Counted from the first letter of the stretch, positions 12,978 to 23,722 are shown. The stretch: DNA of 64,000 nt from an uncultured Candidatus Rokubacteria bacterium (GCA_963789955.1 CAWBMV010000001.1:320001-384000), one strand, 5' to 3'. Numbers and translations: made by a program. Notes: generated by a model not told the origin, from the sequence alone.

Positions 12978-13373
12978 ATGGCGGCGAAGCTCGAGAAGTA
13001 TTGCGCGCCGGGCGTCTACGATCCGCCCGGCTACAGTCAGGCCATCAAGGTGACGGGCGCTCAGACGATTCTGTTCCTGGCCGGCCAGGTGCCCTACGAG
13101 ATGGACGGCACCGTGAAGCACCGCGGCGATTTCCGAGGGCAGGCGCGGACCGTGTTCGGCGCCGTCAAGGCGCTCGTCGAGGCCGGCGGCGGCACGCTCG
13201 CCAACGTCGTGAAGATCACGACCTACGTCACCGACGTCCGCTATCGGATGGACTTTCGCGTCGTGCGCGACGAATTCTTCGGCGAACGGGGTCCGGCCTC
13301 GACGATGGTCCAGGTCGCGTCGCTCTCGCACCCGGACTACATGATCGAAGTCGAGGCTCTGGCGGTCGTCTAG
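12978..13373 (+). CDS. RidA/YjgF family protein
   Basis: YSQAI, LAGQV, NVVKITTYV, PASTMVQV, IEVEALAV; RBS GAGGAG. Confidence 0.9.
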   Translation: MAAKLEKYCAPGVYDPPGYSQAIKVTGAQTILFLAGQVPYEMDGTVKHRGDFRGQARTVFGAVKALVEAGGGTLANVVKITTYVTDVRYRMDFRVVRDEFFGERGPASTMVQVASLSHPDYMIEVEALAVV

Positions 13374-13573
13374 CCTCTAGCCCGCATGCCCAATTGCGGG
13401 CCATCGGGCGTGACGCATCTGGCAGATCGCGCCCCGGACGCGCGACCGCGTGGCGTTGGGGGATGCTCGGCGAATATCCTGATCTGGGTATCCCGCTGCA
13501 CGGCGGACATGTGATGGGCGAAGTCCGCGTCAGGGCGGCGCGATTCGCCTGTACCGGACGTGCTCAGGCCCGC

Positions 13574-13635
13574 GATATGCTGCGAGATATGCCGCGAGGC
13601 GGGGATATGCGGTTCTGGATAGTTAGAAGTTAGGC
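13574..13635 (+). other. Candidate integron attI-like site at the 5' end of the cassette array
   Basis: Core GTTAGGC at 13629-13635, preceded by GTTAGAA and three GATATGC direct repeats (13574, 13586, 13604). Confidence 0.5.
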
Positions 13636-13757
13636 TTCGACCAATATTGCGCACTGCGTGGATGAGAGATCGAACGGTCTCCCGGATTCTCGCGCTGCTC
13701 AGATCGCGACCGCTGAGCCCGAGCATTCGCCATCCGTGGCATTCGGCCACTAGGATC

Positions 13758-14735
13758 ATGCCGCTTGGGCTCACCGTTGTTCTGGCGTTTGTCCACCACG
13801 CCGCGGCACCCACCGTTGAGGCCCAACAGGCGTCCAAGGTGGCCCGGGTCGGTGTCCTGGCCGGTGGGGGTGATCTCTTCCGTGCCGGCTTTGAGTCTTT
13901 TCGGCGGCGGCTGCGGGAATTGGGCTACGTGGAGGATCAGACCATCACCCTCTTTGTCCGGACCGCTGAGGGTCGAGCCGAGCGCTATCCGGACCTTGCC
14001 GCCGAACTCGTCCAGCTCCGGGTCGATGTCATCCTCGCTCAGGGCAATCCTGCTCTCGTTGCCCTTAAGCAGGCGACGTCGACAATCCCCATTGTGATGG
14101 CTCAAGTCGGCGACCCGGTGGGGTCCGGCTTCGTGGCCAGCCTCGCCAGACCCGGGGGCAACATCACCGGGCTGTCCAACATGGCCGAGGGCATCAGCCG
14201 CAAGTGGGTAGAACTGCTCAAGGAGGTGTCGCCCAAGACCACGCGCCTTGGCGTCCTCTGGGACCCGCGAATCGCTGCGCACGCGGGTATGTGGAAGGAA
14301 ATCCAGGTGGCGGGCCGGGCGTTGAACGTGACACCGCTGGCCTGGGAGGTCCGAGGGCCCGACGACATCGAGCGGGCCTTCTCGGTGATGGGCAGCGAGA
14401 GGATAGGCGCCATTGTCATCCTTCCCTACCCGGTGGCCGGCCAGAATCGACGCCTCATCGTCGACCTCGCGGCCAAAGCCCGGCTACCCGCCATCTACGC
14501 GTTTCGGGAGTTCGCGGAGGCAGGGTGCCTCATGACCTACGGACCGAACAACGCCGACTTGTATCGGCGCGCGGCCAACTACGTGGACAGGATCCTGAAG
14601 GGTGTCAAGCCGGCGGAGCTGCCCGTGGAACAACCCACCACGTTTGAACTGGTCATCAACCTTAAGACCGCCAAGGCCCTCGGGCTGACAGTCCCGCCGG
14701 CGCTCCTGCTGCGCGCGGACCAGGTCATTGAGTGA
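13758..14735 (+). CDS. ABC-type substrate-binding protein (PF04392-like), cassette gene 1
   Basis: ATSTIPIVM...DPVGSGFVASLARPGGNITG, YVDRILKG.KPAELPVEQPTTFELVINLKTAKALG, LLLRADQVIE; attC lies 10 bp after the stop. Confidence 0.85.
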   Translation: MPLGLTVVLAFVHHAAAPTVEAQQASKVARVGVLAGGGDLFRAGFESFRRRLRELGYVEDQTITLFVRTAEGRAERYPDLAAELVQLRVDVILAQGNPALVALKQATSTIPIVMAQVGDPVGSGFVASLARPGGNITGLSNMAEGISRKWVELLKEVSPKTTRLGVLWDPRIAAHAGMWKEIQVAGRALNVTPLAWEVRGPDDIERAFSVMGSERIGAIVILPYPVAGQNRRLIVDLAAKARLPAIYAFREFAEAGCLMTYGPNNADLYRRAANYVDRILKGVKPAELPVEQPTTFELVINLKTAKALGLTVPPALLLRADQVIE

Positions 14736-14744
14736 TTTGACACT

Positions 14745-14816
14745 GCCCAACATTGCGCTCCAACGGACCGGCTGCTCGCGTTGCTCGCATGCCGTCCGCT
14801 GAGCGCAGCGTTATGC
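14745..14816 (+). other. attC recombination site (72 bp)
   Basis: R'' GCCCAAC ... GCGCTC-AACGGACCGG..GC..GCG / ...CCGTCCGCTGAGCGC ... R' GTTATGC; imperfect hairpin. Confidence 0.85.
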
Positions 14817-14843
14817 GGAGTGAGATGGAAGGAGGCTAGGTCG

Positions 14844-15404
14844 ATGTTTGATCTGGATGTGTTCAAGGATCAGTGCGCCGCGGCGGCAGCTGGAGGAGCG
14901 GGCCAACAGGCCATTCGCGAGATCGTGGCCCGCGCGGTCGGGATGCCTGACGTGGTTCTCAAGTTGCTAGGCGAGCCCCGGCGCGCCGAGGTTAAGACTC
15001 TACACCGCTCCGCAGGTCTCACGATTCTGAATGTCATCTGGGGGCCACGCATGACCGTGATGCCGCACAATCACAACATGTGGGCCGTCATCGGGATATA
15101 CACAGGCCGCGAGGATAATATCCTATGGCGGCGGGTAGCGGATGAGTCCAGTGGTCGAATCGAGGCCGCAGGCGCCAAGGCACTCAGCGAACGTGATGCC
15201 CTACCCCTTGGCCGCGACATCATCCACTCCGTGACAAATCCGATCGGGCGGTTGACCGGCGCTATTCACGTGTACGGCGGCGACTTCTTCAGCGCGCCAC
15301 GCAGCGAGTGGGATCCGGAGCGGCTGGTCGAGCAGCCTGGCGATGTGCAGAGGACACTGCAGTTGTTCGAGGAGAGCAATCGCCTGTACGCCGCGCGATC
15401 GTGA
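14844..15404 (+). CDS. Cysteine-dioxygenase-like cupin protein, cassette gene 2
   Basis: PHNHNMWAVIGIYTGREDN ... IIHSVTNP ... AIHVYGGDF; RBS AAGGAGG. Confidence 0.8.
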   Translation: MFDLDVFKDQCAAAAAGGAGQQAIREIVARAVGMPDVVLKLLGEPRRAEVKTLHRSAGLTILNVIWGPRMTVMPHNHNMWAVIGIYTGREDNILWRRVADESSGRIEAAGAKALSERDALPLGRDIIHSVTNPIGRLTGAIHVYGGDFFSAPRSEWDPERLVEQPGDVQRTLQLFEESNRLYAARS

Positions 15405-15450
15405 CGGAGCGGGCCGAGCAAGCCGTGGAAGCGCGAAGTGCAGCCAACCC

Positions 15451-15507
15451 GTATAACTTCGCAGTAGAGCGGACGCGCTTCGCGCGCCGCTCACCGCGGC
15501 GTTAGCC
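15451..15507 (+). other. attC recombination site (57 bp)
   Basis: GTATAAC-TTCGCAGTAGAGCGGACGCGC-TTC-GCGCGCCGCTCACCGCGGC-GTTAGCC. R'' CCGTATAAC matches the cassette's own 5' core GTTATGCGG at 8/9. Confidence 0.9.
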
Positions 15508-15534
15508 CGATTGGACTGATGTCCAACCCCTGAC

Positions 15535-16287
15535 ATGTACGACGAGATTGCGCCGCTCTATCACCTCATCTATCGAGACTGGAACGCCGTCATCGCTCAA
15601 CAGGCGGCGGCACTCGACGCCATCATTCGCGAACATGTGGGGCCGCCTCCGCGGTCGATCCTCGACGTCTCGTGCGGGATCGGTACCCAAGCCCTTGGTC
15701 TCGCGGCGCTCGGGCATGCGGTCGCGGCTTCCGATTTATCGTCGGCGGCCGTGGAGCGTGCTCGGCTCGAGGCGGCTCAACGCAACCTGGCCATTCGCTT
15801 CACGGTCGCGGACATGCGCCGGTGCGCAGGGGTTCACGGATCAGGGTTCGACGTCGTGCTCAGTGCCGACAATTCCATCCCGCATTTGCTCAGTGACGAC
15901 GCGATCCGCGAGGCGCTAGGAAACTTCCACCAATGTGTCCGACCCGGTGGAATCGCGATCCTCGGTCTCCGCGACTACTTGACGGAGGAGAGATCTTCGC
16001 CACGGCTGGTGCCGTACGGATTCCGCTCGGACGGTGACGACCGCTACTTCGTCGCCCAGACGCGAGACTGGGACGGCGACTTCTATGACGTGGCGATGTA
16101 CTTCATCCGCGAGGGGCGCGGTTCGAGACCGGCGGCGTTGATTGCGGGCTCGTCGCGATACTACGCCGTCCCAATTGATCGACTAGTCTCGCTGCTCGAG
16201 GAGAGCTCCTTCATTGAGATCCAACGGCTCGATGGTGTTCTGTACCAGCACCAGCCAGTATTGGTTGCGCGCCGTGGGACGAGCTAG
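15535..16287 (+). CDS. Class I SAM-dependent methyltransferase, cassette gene 3
   Basis: ILDVSCGIG motif I, ASDLS, ADMR, NSIPHL, VRPGG. Confidence 0.85.
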   Translation: MYDEIAPLYHLIYRDWNAVIAQQAAALDAIIREHVGPPPRSILDVSCGIGTQALGLAALGHAVAASDLSSAAVERARLEAAQRNLAIRFTVADMRRCAGVHGSGFDVVLSADNSIPHLLSDDAIREALGNFHQCVRPGGIAILGLRDYLTEERSSPRLVPYGFRSDGDDRYFVAQTRDWDGDFYDVAMYFIREGRGSRPAALIAGSSRYYAVPIDRLVSLLEESSFIEIQRLDGVLYQHQPVLVARRGTS

Positions 16288-16480
16288 CATTCGCATTCAC
16301 GAGGTTATCGCGGTTCAGAAGGACGCCCACGCGGCTCAAGCGCGGAGCGCAGCCTGACCCGGGCCGCTCTTCGGGCGAAGAGGAATGATTGCACCGACCG
16401 TCGGCTGCCGCTCCAGCCGTCGACGCCGAACACACGCTGATACGGCACGTGAGCGTGCGATCAGCGCAGAGGCGAACCGT

Positions 16481-17299
16481 ATGAGCAATGCCGATACCGA
16501 CAAAGTCTTCAGTGGCTCGATTGCGAAGCTCTACGAAACCTATCTGGTTCCGCTGATCTTCGAGCCCTACGCGACAGATCTGGCGAATCGCCTTGCTTCA
16601 AGAACTCCGTCGCGCGTACTCGAGATTGCGGCCGGCACGGGTGTCGTGACGCGTGCGCTGGCATCCGTGCTACCCGAACGCGTGTCCATCGTCGCCACGG
16701 ATTTGAATCAGGCCATGCTCGACCAGGCTCTGGTAGTCGGGACCAGGCGTCCTGTGGAGTGGCGTCAGGCCGACGCCATGCGACTGCCGTTCGCAGACGA
16801 GACGTTTGACGCCGTCGTATGCCAGTTCGGAGTGATGTTCTTCCCCGAAAAGTCCAAGGCCTTTTCGGAGGCACGTCGAGTGCTTCGACCGGGCGGCGTT
16901 TTCATGTTCAACGTGTGGGATCGCATCGAGGAAAACGAATTCGCTGACACGGTCACGACCGCTCTGGAATCCCTGTTTCCCGAGGATCCGCCCCGCTTCC
17001 TGGCCCGCACACCCCACGGCTACCACGACCGCCCCACCATCGAGCGCGATCTCGCAAACGGGGGCTTCACGAAGTCAGCCCAGATCGCGACCGTTGCGGC
17101 GCGCAGTCGGGCGGAATCCTCGCGCGTGCCGGCCATCGCGTACTGCCAGGGAACCCCCCTGAGGAACGAGATCGAGGCGCGCGGCGCTTCGCGTCTCGGC
17201 GAAGCAACCGACCACGCGGCAGCGGCGATTGCCCAGCGTTTCGGGCGGGGGGCTGTGGACGGCAAGATCCAGGCGCACATCGTCACCATCGAAAACTGA
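16481..17299 (+). CDS. Class I SAM-dependent methyltransferase (UbiE-like), probable cassette gene 4
   Basis: [41 protein letters not shown]. Confidence 0.85.
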   Translation: MSNADTDKVFSGSIAKLYETYLVPLIFEPYATDLANRLASRTPSRVLEIAAGTGVVTRALASVLPERVSIVATDLNQAMLDQALVVGTRRPVEWRQADAMRLPFADETFDAVVCQFGVMFFPEKSKAFSEARRVLRPGGVFMFNVWDRIEENEFADTVTTALESLFPEDPPRFLARTPHGYHDRPTIERDLANGGFTKSAQIATVAARSRAESSRVPAIAYCQGTPLRNEIEARGASRLGEATDHAAAAIAQRFGRGAVDGKIQAHIVTIEN

Positions 17300-17349
17300 C
17301 AGCCGCGAATCGTGAGTGCCGGAGACCGAACAGCGCGAGGTGGTTCCTG

Positions 17350-18014
17350 TCACGACAACGAGGCACGCACGGCGGCGAAGGGCGCCGTCCAGCCGACGAT
17401 CCCGCCCTGCGCGTGGACCATCGCGAGCGTGGCCTGCTTGAACTCGGGGAAGTAGCTCTCGGTCGCGTCCTCGACCAGCAGGCACTCGTAGCCGCGGTCG
17501 TTGGCTTCGCGCATCGTCGTCTGCACGCAGACTTCCGTCGTGACGCCGGCCAAGATCAGGTGCGTGATGCCGCTGCGATCGCAGCAGCTCGTCGAGCGCG
17601 GTCGCGTAGAAGGCGCCCTTGCCGGGCTTGACGATGACGGTCTCGCCGGCGCGCGGCGCGAGCTCCGGCACGATGTCGTTGCCGGGCTGGCCGTCGACGA
17701 GGATGCGGCCCATCGGGCCGGCGTCGCCGATCCGAAGCGCCGGACGGCCCCGCTGCCGCTTGGCCGGCGGGCAGTCGGCGAGATCCGGGCGGTGGCCTTC
17801 GCGCGTGTGGACGATGCGGATGCCGCGTGCGCGCGCCCACGCCGAGCAGGTCGCGCACGGTCGGCACGATCGCGGCCAGCCGGCTCACGTCGTTGCCGAG
17901 GGCTTCGCCGAAGCCGCCGCGCTCGACGAAATCGCGCTGCATGTCGATCACCACGAGCGCCGTGGTCGCCGGCTCGAACGAGTACGCGTACGGCCGCGCC
18001 GCGATCTCAGCCAC
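17350..18014 (-). CDS. trtA: Triuret hydrolase-like cysteine hydrolase (frameshifted)
   Basis: [85 protein letters not shown]; signature recalled from characterised TrtA. Confidence 0.8.
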
Positions 18015-19591
18015 GGGCAGGTGAGAGCGCCGGCGCCGCCGCGTGGTGTCCGGCCATGCACGGACCGATGACCGCGATGTCGGCCTTCGCGGTGGCGGTC
18101 TCGTGGACGATGCGGCCGTCGAAGATGACCACGATGCGGTCCGACAGCTCGAGCAGCTCGTCGAGGTCTTCGCTGACCAGCAGGACGGCCGCGCCGGCGT
18201 TACGCGCCGCCAGGATCCGGTCGTGGATCTCGGCGACCGCCGCGAAGTCGAGCCCGAAGACCGGATTGGCGGCGATCAGCACCGACACCGGCTCGGACAG
18301 CTCGCGCGCGAGCACCGCGCGCTGGACGTTGCCACCCGAGAGCGTCGCCATCGGCGCGTCGGGCCCTTCGCGTCTTCACGCCGAACGCGCGGATCCAGCG
18401 CTCGGCCTGAGCGCGGAGCGCGCCACGCCGGAGCCACGGGCCCGACGACTGAGGCGGCCGGTCGAAGTTTCGCAAGGTCATGTTCTCCGCGACGCTCATC
18501 GCAGGCACGCAGGCGTTCCGCAGCGGCTCTTCCGGCAAGCTGAACACGCGGTGACGGCGGATCTCGTCGCGGGTGGCGTGGAACGGCTCGCCGCCGACGA
18601 GAATCTCGCCCCCGGCCCTCGGGCGCTGGCCGATGAGCGCCTCGACGAGCTCGCGCTGGCCGTTGCCCGAGACGCCGGCGATGCCGACGATCTCCCCGGC
18701 GGCGATCGTGAGGTTCAGCCGGTCCACCGCGACCCGGCCGGCGTCGTCCTCGACCCGCAGATCACGGACGACGAGCGGGGGCGCACCGCCGTTACTCGGC
18801 GCGAGCGTCTTCTTCGCATGCGATTGCGGGATCTCGCGCGCCCCGACCATCAGCTGCGCCAGCACGGCCGGCGTCAGCTCGGCCGTCGACCCCTTGCCGA
18901 CGAGCTTGCCCCGCCGCAGCACCGCGACCTCGTCCGCGAACGCCATCACCTCACGGAGCTTGTGCGTGATCATCAGCACGGTGACATTGCCGGCGCGTGT
19001 CATCGCCCGCAGCATGCCGAGCACCTCGTCGGCCTCGACCGGTGTGAGCACGGACGTCGGCTCGTCGAGGATCATGAACCGGCGGCGGAGATAGAGCTGC
19101 TTCAGGATCTCGACCTTCTGCTTCTCGCCGGCCGCGAGCCGCGCGACCGGCCGATCGAGGTCGAGCTTGAACGGCACGGTGGCCATGAAGGCGGTGAGAC
19201 GATTCCACTCCGCCGGCCAGTTGACGACCGCGGGCACCTCGTCGCGGGCCATCACGAGGTTCTCGGCCACCGTCATGCTCGGCACCAGGGTGAAGTGCTG
19301 GTAGACCATGCCGATGCCGAGCGCGTGCGCGTCGTGCGGCGAGTGGATATCGCGCTGGCGCCCGCCCACGGTGATCTCGCCGGCGTCCGGCCGGTGATAG
19401 CCGACCAGGCATTTCACGAGGGTGCTCTTGCCGGCGCCGTTCTCGCCCAGGAGCGCCATGAACGAGCCCGCGCCGACGCGCAGCGACACATCGTCGAGCG
19501 CGGTGAAGGCGCCGAAGCGCTTGGTCATGCCGAGGACCTCGACCGCGACCGCGCGGCGCTGACCGCCCGCCGGCGCGCTGGCGCTCGCCAT
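18007..19591 (-). CDS. ABC transporter ATP-binding protein (nucleoside/CUT2 type, two ABC domains; frameshifted)
   Basis: [40 protein letters not shown]. Confidence 0.9.
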
Positions 19592-20268
19592 CAAGCCGGC
19601 TCCCGGATGGCCGCGATGAAGTCGGTGGAGCGCGACACCGCGCCGAAGACGCCGCCTTGCATCGTGACCATCTTGATCGCGGCCTGGTAGTTGCCGTAGT
19701 CGGTCGCGCCCGTGCAGTCCTCGAGCAGCAGACACTCGAAGCCGCGGTCGTTGCCTTCGCGCATCGTCGTGTGGACGCAGACGTCGGTCGTGATCCCGGT
19801 GAGCACCAGGTTCTGGATGCCGCGCGTTCTCAGGATCAGCTCGAGGTCGGTCGCGCAGAACGAGCCCTTGCCGGGCTTGTCGATCACGGTCTCGCCGGGC
19901 TTCGGCGCCAGCTCGGGCACGATCTCCCACCCGGGCTCGCCGCGCACGAGAATGCGCCCGCACGGCCCGGGATCGCCGATGCCGGCGCCGATGCGCCGCG
20001 AGCGCCAGCGCTTGTTCGCCGGCAGATCGGACAGATCCGGCCGATGTCCCTCGCGCGTGTGGATCACGTGAAACCCGCCGGCCCGCGCCGCCGTCAGGAC
20101 CGCCCGGATCGGCTCGATCGGCGCGCGCGTGAGCGACAGATCGTAGCCCATGCGATCGACGTACCCGCCGATCCCGCAGAAGTCCGTCTGCATGTCGATC
20201 ACGACCACCGCCGTGTTCTCCGCCCGCAGATCCCCGTTATACGGCCACGGATACGGCTCCGCCTTCAC
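19591..20268 (-). CDS. biuH: Biuret amidohydrolase
   Basis: [80 protein letters not shown]; close to characterised BiuH. Confidence 0.9.
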   Translation of the reverse strand: MKAEPYPWPYNGDLRAENTAVVVIDMQTDFCGIGGYVDRMGYDLSLTRAPIEPIRAVLTAARAGGFHVIHTREGHRPDLSDLPANKRWRSRRIGAGIGDPGPCGRILVRGEPGWEIVPELAPKPGETVIDKPGKGSFCATDLELILRTRGIQNLVLTGITTDVCVHTTMREGNDRGFECLLLEDCTGATDYGNYQAAIKMVTMQGGVFGAVSRSTDFIAAIREPA

Positions 20269-20296
20269 ATACCGCTCGGTCCCCGCGAGCCGTTAG

Positions 20297-21351
20297 TCAT
20301 GCGTCCTCCGTTCTAGGCAAGAAACCGAGCATGAACGGAATCGCCAGCCCGGGCCGGGCCCTGCGACAGGCCCCGCCCGCCTCGACGCGACGATCGCTCA
20401 TGAATAGGCCGGGCCGGCGACTCACGCTCATGCTACGATTGATGCTCAGCTCGCCCGGCGCGCCGGAGAGCGTGCGCCGTGGCGAGCACGTGGCGATCAT
20501 GATGCCGAGCGTGACGACGTACGGCGCGGCGTTGAAGAGATAGTAGCCGGACGTGACGCCGACCGACTGGAGCGCCGGGCCCAGCGATCCCGCGCCGCCG
20601 AAGAGCAGCGCGGCGTAGAAGCACTGGATCGGGTTCCAGCGCGCGAAAATCACGAGCGCCACCGCCATCAGTCCCTGACCGCTCGACAGTCCTTCGCTCC
20701 AGCTGCCCGGATAATACAGCGACAAGAACGAGCCGCCGACGCCGGCGAGAAAGCCGCCGAGCGCGGTCGAGAGCGTGCGCACGCGCGGGACGGCGTAGCC
20801 CATGGCGCGCGCCGCATCCGAGCTGTCGCCGACCATGCGGACGACGAGACCCCAGCGCGTGTTGCGAAACGCCCAGCCGAGCCCGATGGCGAGCGCCAGG
20901 CCGATCAGAAACAGCGGGTTCACCTGCAGCGCCGCGCGGATCTGCGGCGAGTCACTCCACGCACCGAGCGGGATCGCCGGCAAGGTCGGCGCCTTCGGCT
21001 GCACGTACGGCTTGCCCAGGAAGAACGCGAGCCCGGTGCCGAACAGCATGAGCCCGATCCCGACCGCGATGTCGTTGACCTTCGGCAGGTTGCACGCGAG
21101 GCCGTGGAGCAGGCCGAGCAGAAGCCGGCTCCGCCGGCGGCCAGCACGCCGAGCCAGGGGTTGCCGCTCGTGTACGAGACGGCGTAGCCGCTCATCGCGC
21201 CCATCACCAGAATGCCCTCGAGGCCGAGGTTGATCCGCCCGCTGCGCTCGGTGATGCACTCCCCGAGGCTCACGAACAGAAACGGCGTGCTCACGCGGAT
21301 CGCTCCACCGATGACACCGATCGGCACGCCCCACCACCCCAGCTCGACCAC
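20297..21351 (-). CDS. ABC transporter permease (frameshifted; true stop may be near 20433)
   Basis: ITERSGRINLGLEG, GQGLMAVALVIFARWNP, APYVVTL. Confidence 0.8.
20357..20383 (+). repeat. Dispersed REP-like repeat, copy A
   Basis: GGCCCTGCGACAGGCCCCGCCCGCCTC is identical (27 bp) to 31591-31617. Confidence 0.8.
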
Positions 21352-21352
21352 G

Positions 21353-22414
21353 TCAGGCCGTCCTGGCTCGGAAGAGCCGGAGCCGGCCGTAGAGCGCTTC
21401 GCTGCCGAGGATCATCATGAACGCGATGCCTTGCAGAACGAGCACGGTCGCGTCCGGCAGATCGAGCCGGCGCTGTAGCATGCCGCCGGACGCCGAGAGA
21501 CCGCCGACGAGCACCGCGACCGGCACGATCGCGAGAGGATTCTGGCGGGCGATGAACGCGACGACGATCCCGGCGTAGCCGTAGCCGGCGATCAGCGAGG
21601 CGTTGGCGCTGCCGTGGACCGCGGCGACTTCGACGGCGCCGGCGAGCCCGGCGGCGGCGCCGCCCAGGAGACACGCGATCAGCACGAGCCGCCCGACCGG
21701 CAACCCGGCCAGGCGGGCCGCGCGCGGGTTGCCGCCGACGATGCGCAGCGCGAAGCCGAACGTCGTGTACCGAACGAGCACGTACATCGCCGCGCAGAAC
21801 ACGACGCCGTACGCGAGGCCCCAGTGAATGTCGAGCCCGGGCAGGTTGCCGAGCATGTTGACGTCGCCGATGTGGGTGGTCGAGGGCTTGTTGAGGCTCG
21901 ACGGATCGCGCAGCGGTCCCTCGACGAAGTGGTTGAAGAGCGCGACGGCGACGTAGGTCAGCAGGAGGCTCGAGATCGTCTCGTTGACGCCGCGATACTG
22001 GCGGAGCGCGCCGGCCAGCGCGATCCAGAGCCCGCCGATGACCATGCCGGCCAGCGCCATCGTCACCTTCACGCCGATCGGCGCGGCGCCGCTCAGGAGA
22101 TGGCCGGCGACGGCCGCCGCGAGGCCGCCGAGCACGACCGCGCCCTCGCCGCCGATCACCATCAGGCCCGCCTGCGCCGGCAGCGCGACGCAGAGCGCCG
22201 TCAGCACCAGCGGGGCGGCGCGCGAGAGCGTGTTCTGCCAGGAGAAGGCGCTGGCGAAGGCGCCCTTGTAGATCAGCGCGTAGATCTCGAGCGGATTCTG
22301 CCCGAGCGCCGCCGTGAAGATGCCGAAGACCACCATCGCCGCCGCCAGCGCGCCGATCGGGATCGCCAGCGCTTCGGCGGCGTGGCGCCACGCACCGGAG
22401 CGGTCGGACGCCAT
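21353..22414 (-). CDS. ABC transporter permease
   Basis: MVIGGEG, GVNETISSLLL, GYGYAGIVVAFIARQNP. Confidence 0.85.
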   Translation of the reverse strand: MASDRSGAWRHAAEALAIPIGALAAAMVVFGIFTAALGQNPLEIYALIYKGAFASAFSWQNTLSRAAPLVLTALCVALPAQAGLMVIGGEGAVVLGGLAAAVAGHLLSGAAPIGVKVTMALAGMVIGGLWIALAGALRQYRGVNETISSLLLTYVAVALFNHFVEGPLRDPSSLNKPSTTHIGDVNMLGNLPGLDIHWGLAYGVVFCAAMYVLVRYTTFGFALRIVGGNPRAARLAGLPVGRLVLIACLLGGAAAGLAGAVEVAAVHGSANASLIAGYGYAGIVVAFIARQNPLAIVPVAVLVGGLSASGGMLQRRLDLPDATVLVLQGIAFMMILGSEALYGRLRLFRARTA

Positions 22415-22425
22415 CGCCGCCGAGA

Positions 22426-23548
22426 TCAGACCTTGCCGATCACGCCCTCGACCAGATAGTTCATCTGCTCGAGCACCACGTCGGTCTGCTTGTGCGCGGT
22501 CCCGGCGGCGATGACGGTGCTTGCCGGTGTTGTCCTTCAGCGGCCCCTTGAAGATGACGAAGTCGCCCTTCATCATCTGCGCCTTGACCGCGTCGGCGCT
22601 CTTGCGCGCGGGCTCGCCGACCGCGCGGCCGTAGGCGCCGGCTTTGACGAAGCCGTCCTTCAGGCCGCCGCGCATGAAGTTGTTCATCGGCCGGCCGGCC
22701 ATCGCCTCCTTCACGTGCGTGGTGTACGGCGTGGTCCAGTTCCACTCGGCGCCGGTCAAGTAGCCCTTGGGCGCCAGCGCCGACTGATCGGCGTGATAGC
22801 CGCAGACGAAGATGTTGCGGCGCTCGGCGGTCTCGACGATCACCTTCGGGCTGTCGACGTGGCAGGTGACGACGTCCACGCCCTGGTCGATCAGGCTGCT
22901 GGCCGCCTCCGCTTCCTTGACCGGCAGGGACCAGTCGCCGGTGACGATCAGCTGCGTCGTGATCTTCGGATCGACCGTGCGCGCGCCCATGGTGAACGCG
23001 TTGATGTTCCGCAGCACCTGCGGGATCGGCTTGGCCGCGATGAAGCCGAGCTTCTTCGTCTTGCTGGTGTGGCCGGCGACGATGCCGTTCAGGTACTGGC
23101 ATTCGTCGATGTAGCCGAAGTAGCTGCCGACGTTCCTGGGATGCTTGCCCTCGGTCCAGAGCCCGCCGCAGTGCGCGAACCGAATCTTCGGGTACTTCTC
23201 GGCCATGCGAAGAATGTGCGGATCGAAGTAGCCGAACGAGGTCGGGAACAGCAGGGTCGCGCCGTCCTGCTCGATCATCGAGCCCATCGTCTTCTGCACG
23301 TCGGTGGTCTCCGGCACCTTCTCCTGCTCGACCACCGTGATGCCCGGCATCTTCTTGAGGGCGGCGGCCGCCTGGGCCTGCGCCTGGTTGTAGCCGTAGT
23401 CGTCGCGCGGGCCGACGTAGATGACGCCGACCACCAGCTTGTCAGCGGCGAACGAGCGGCCGACGGCCGCGAGCGCGCCGAGCGCTCCGGCTCCCGCGAG
23501 GCCCAGCAAGAGTTCCCGGCGATCGAGTTGTCTCACGAGCTCCTTCAT
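22426..23548 (-). CDS. BMP-family ABC substrate-binding protein with Tat-like signal (frameshift near 3' end)
   Basis: DRRELL Tat-like motif; IYVGPRDDYGYN, PTSFGY, NINAFTMGA. Confidence 0.85.
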
Positions 23549-23616
23549 TTCCGCTCCTTCGTGCAGAGATTTCCGCCCCGGCTGAGTCCGTTTCCCGCCT
23601 GGAGACACGGCAAATC

Positions 23617-23632
23617 AGCAAGGACCAAGCCA
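23617..23632 (-). promoter_or_regulatory. sigma-54 (-24/-12) promoter of the triuret/biuret operon
   Basis: Minus-strand TGGCTTGGTCCTTGCT (GG-N10-GC) about 70 bp upstream of the BMP start. Confidence 0.65.
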
Positions 23633-23665
23633 GGGCGGGCCAGGTGACTAAGTCGCGGTTCTATT

Positions 23666-23722
23666 TGCCTCTGGCGCCGGCAGCCGGGACCGGCACCGAC
23701 CCGATTGCCTCTCTCTTGGGCA
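23666..23722. promoter_or_regulatory. Two NtrC-type TGC-N11-GCA upstream activator sites
   Basis: TGCCTCTGGCGCCGGCA (23666-23682) and TGCCTCTCTCTTGGGCA (23706-23722). Confidence 0.5.

Noticed and set aside
13410..13445. Minus-strand RVRGAICQMRH resembling an IntI N-terminus
   Set aside because: Too short and degenerate, with no catalytic tyrosine-recombinase motifs nearby.
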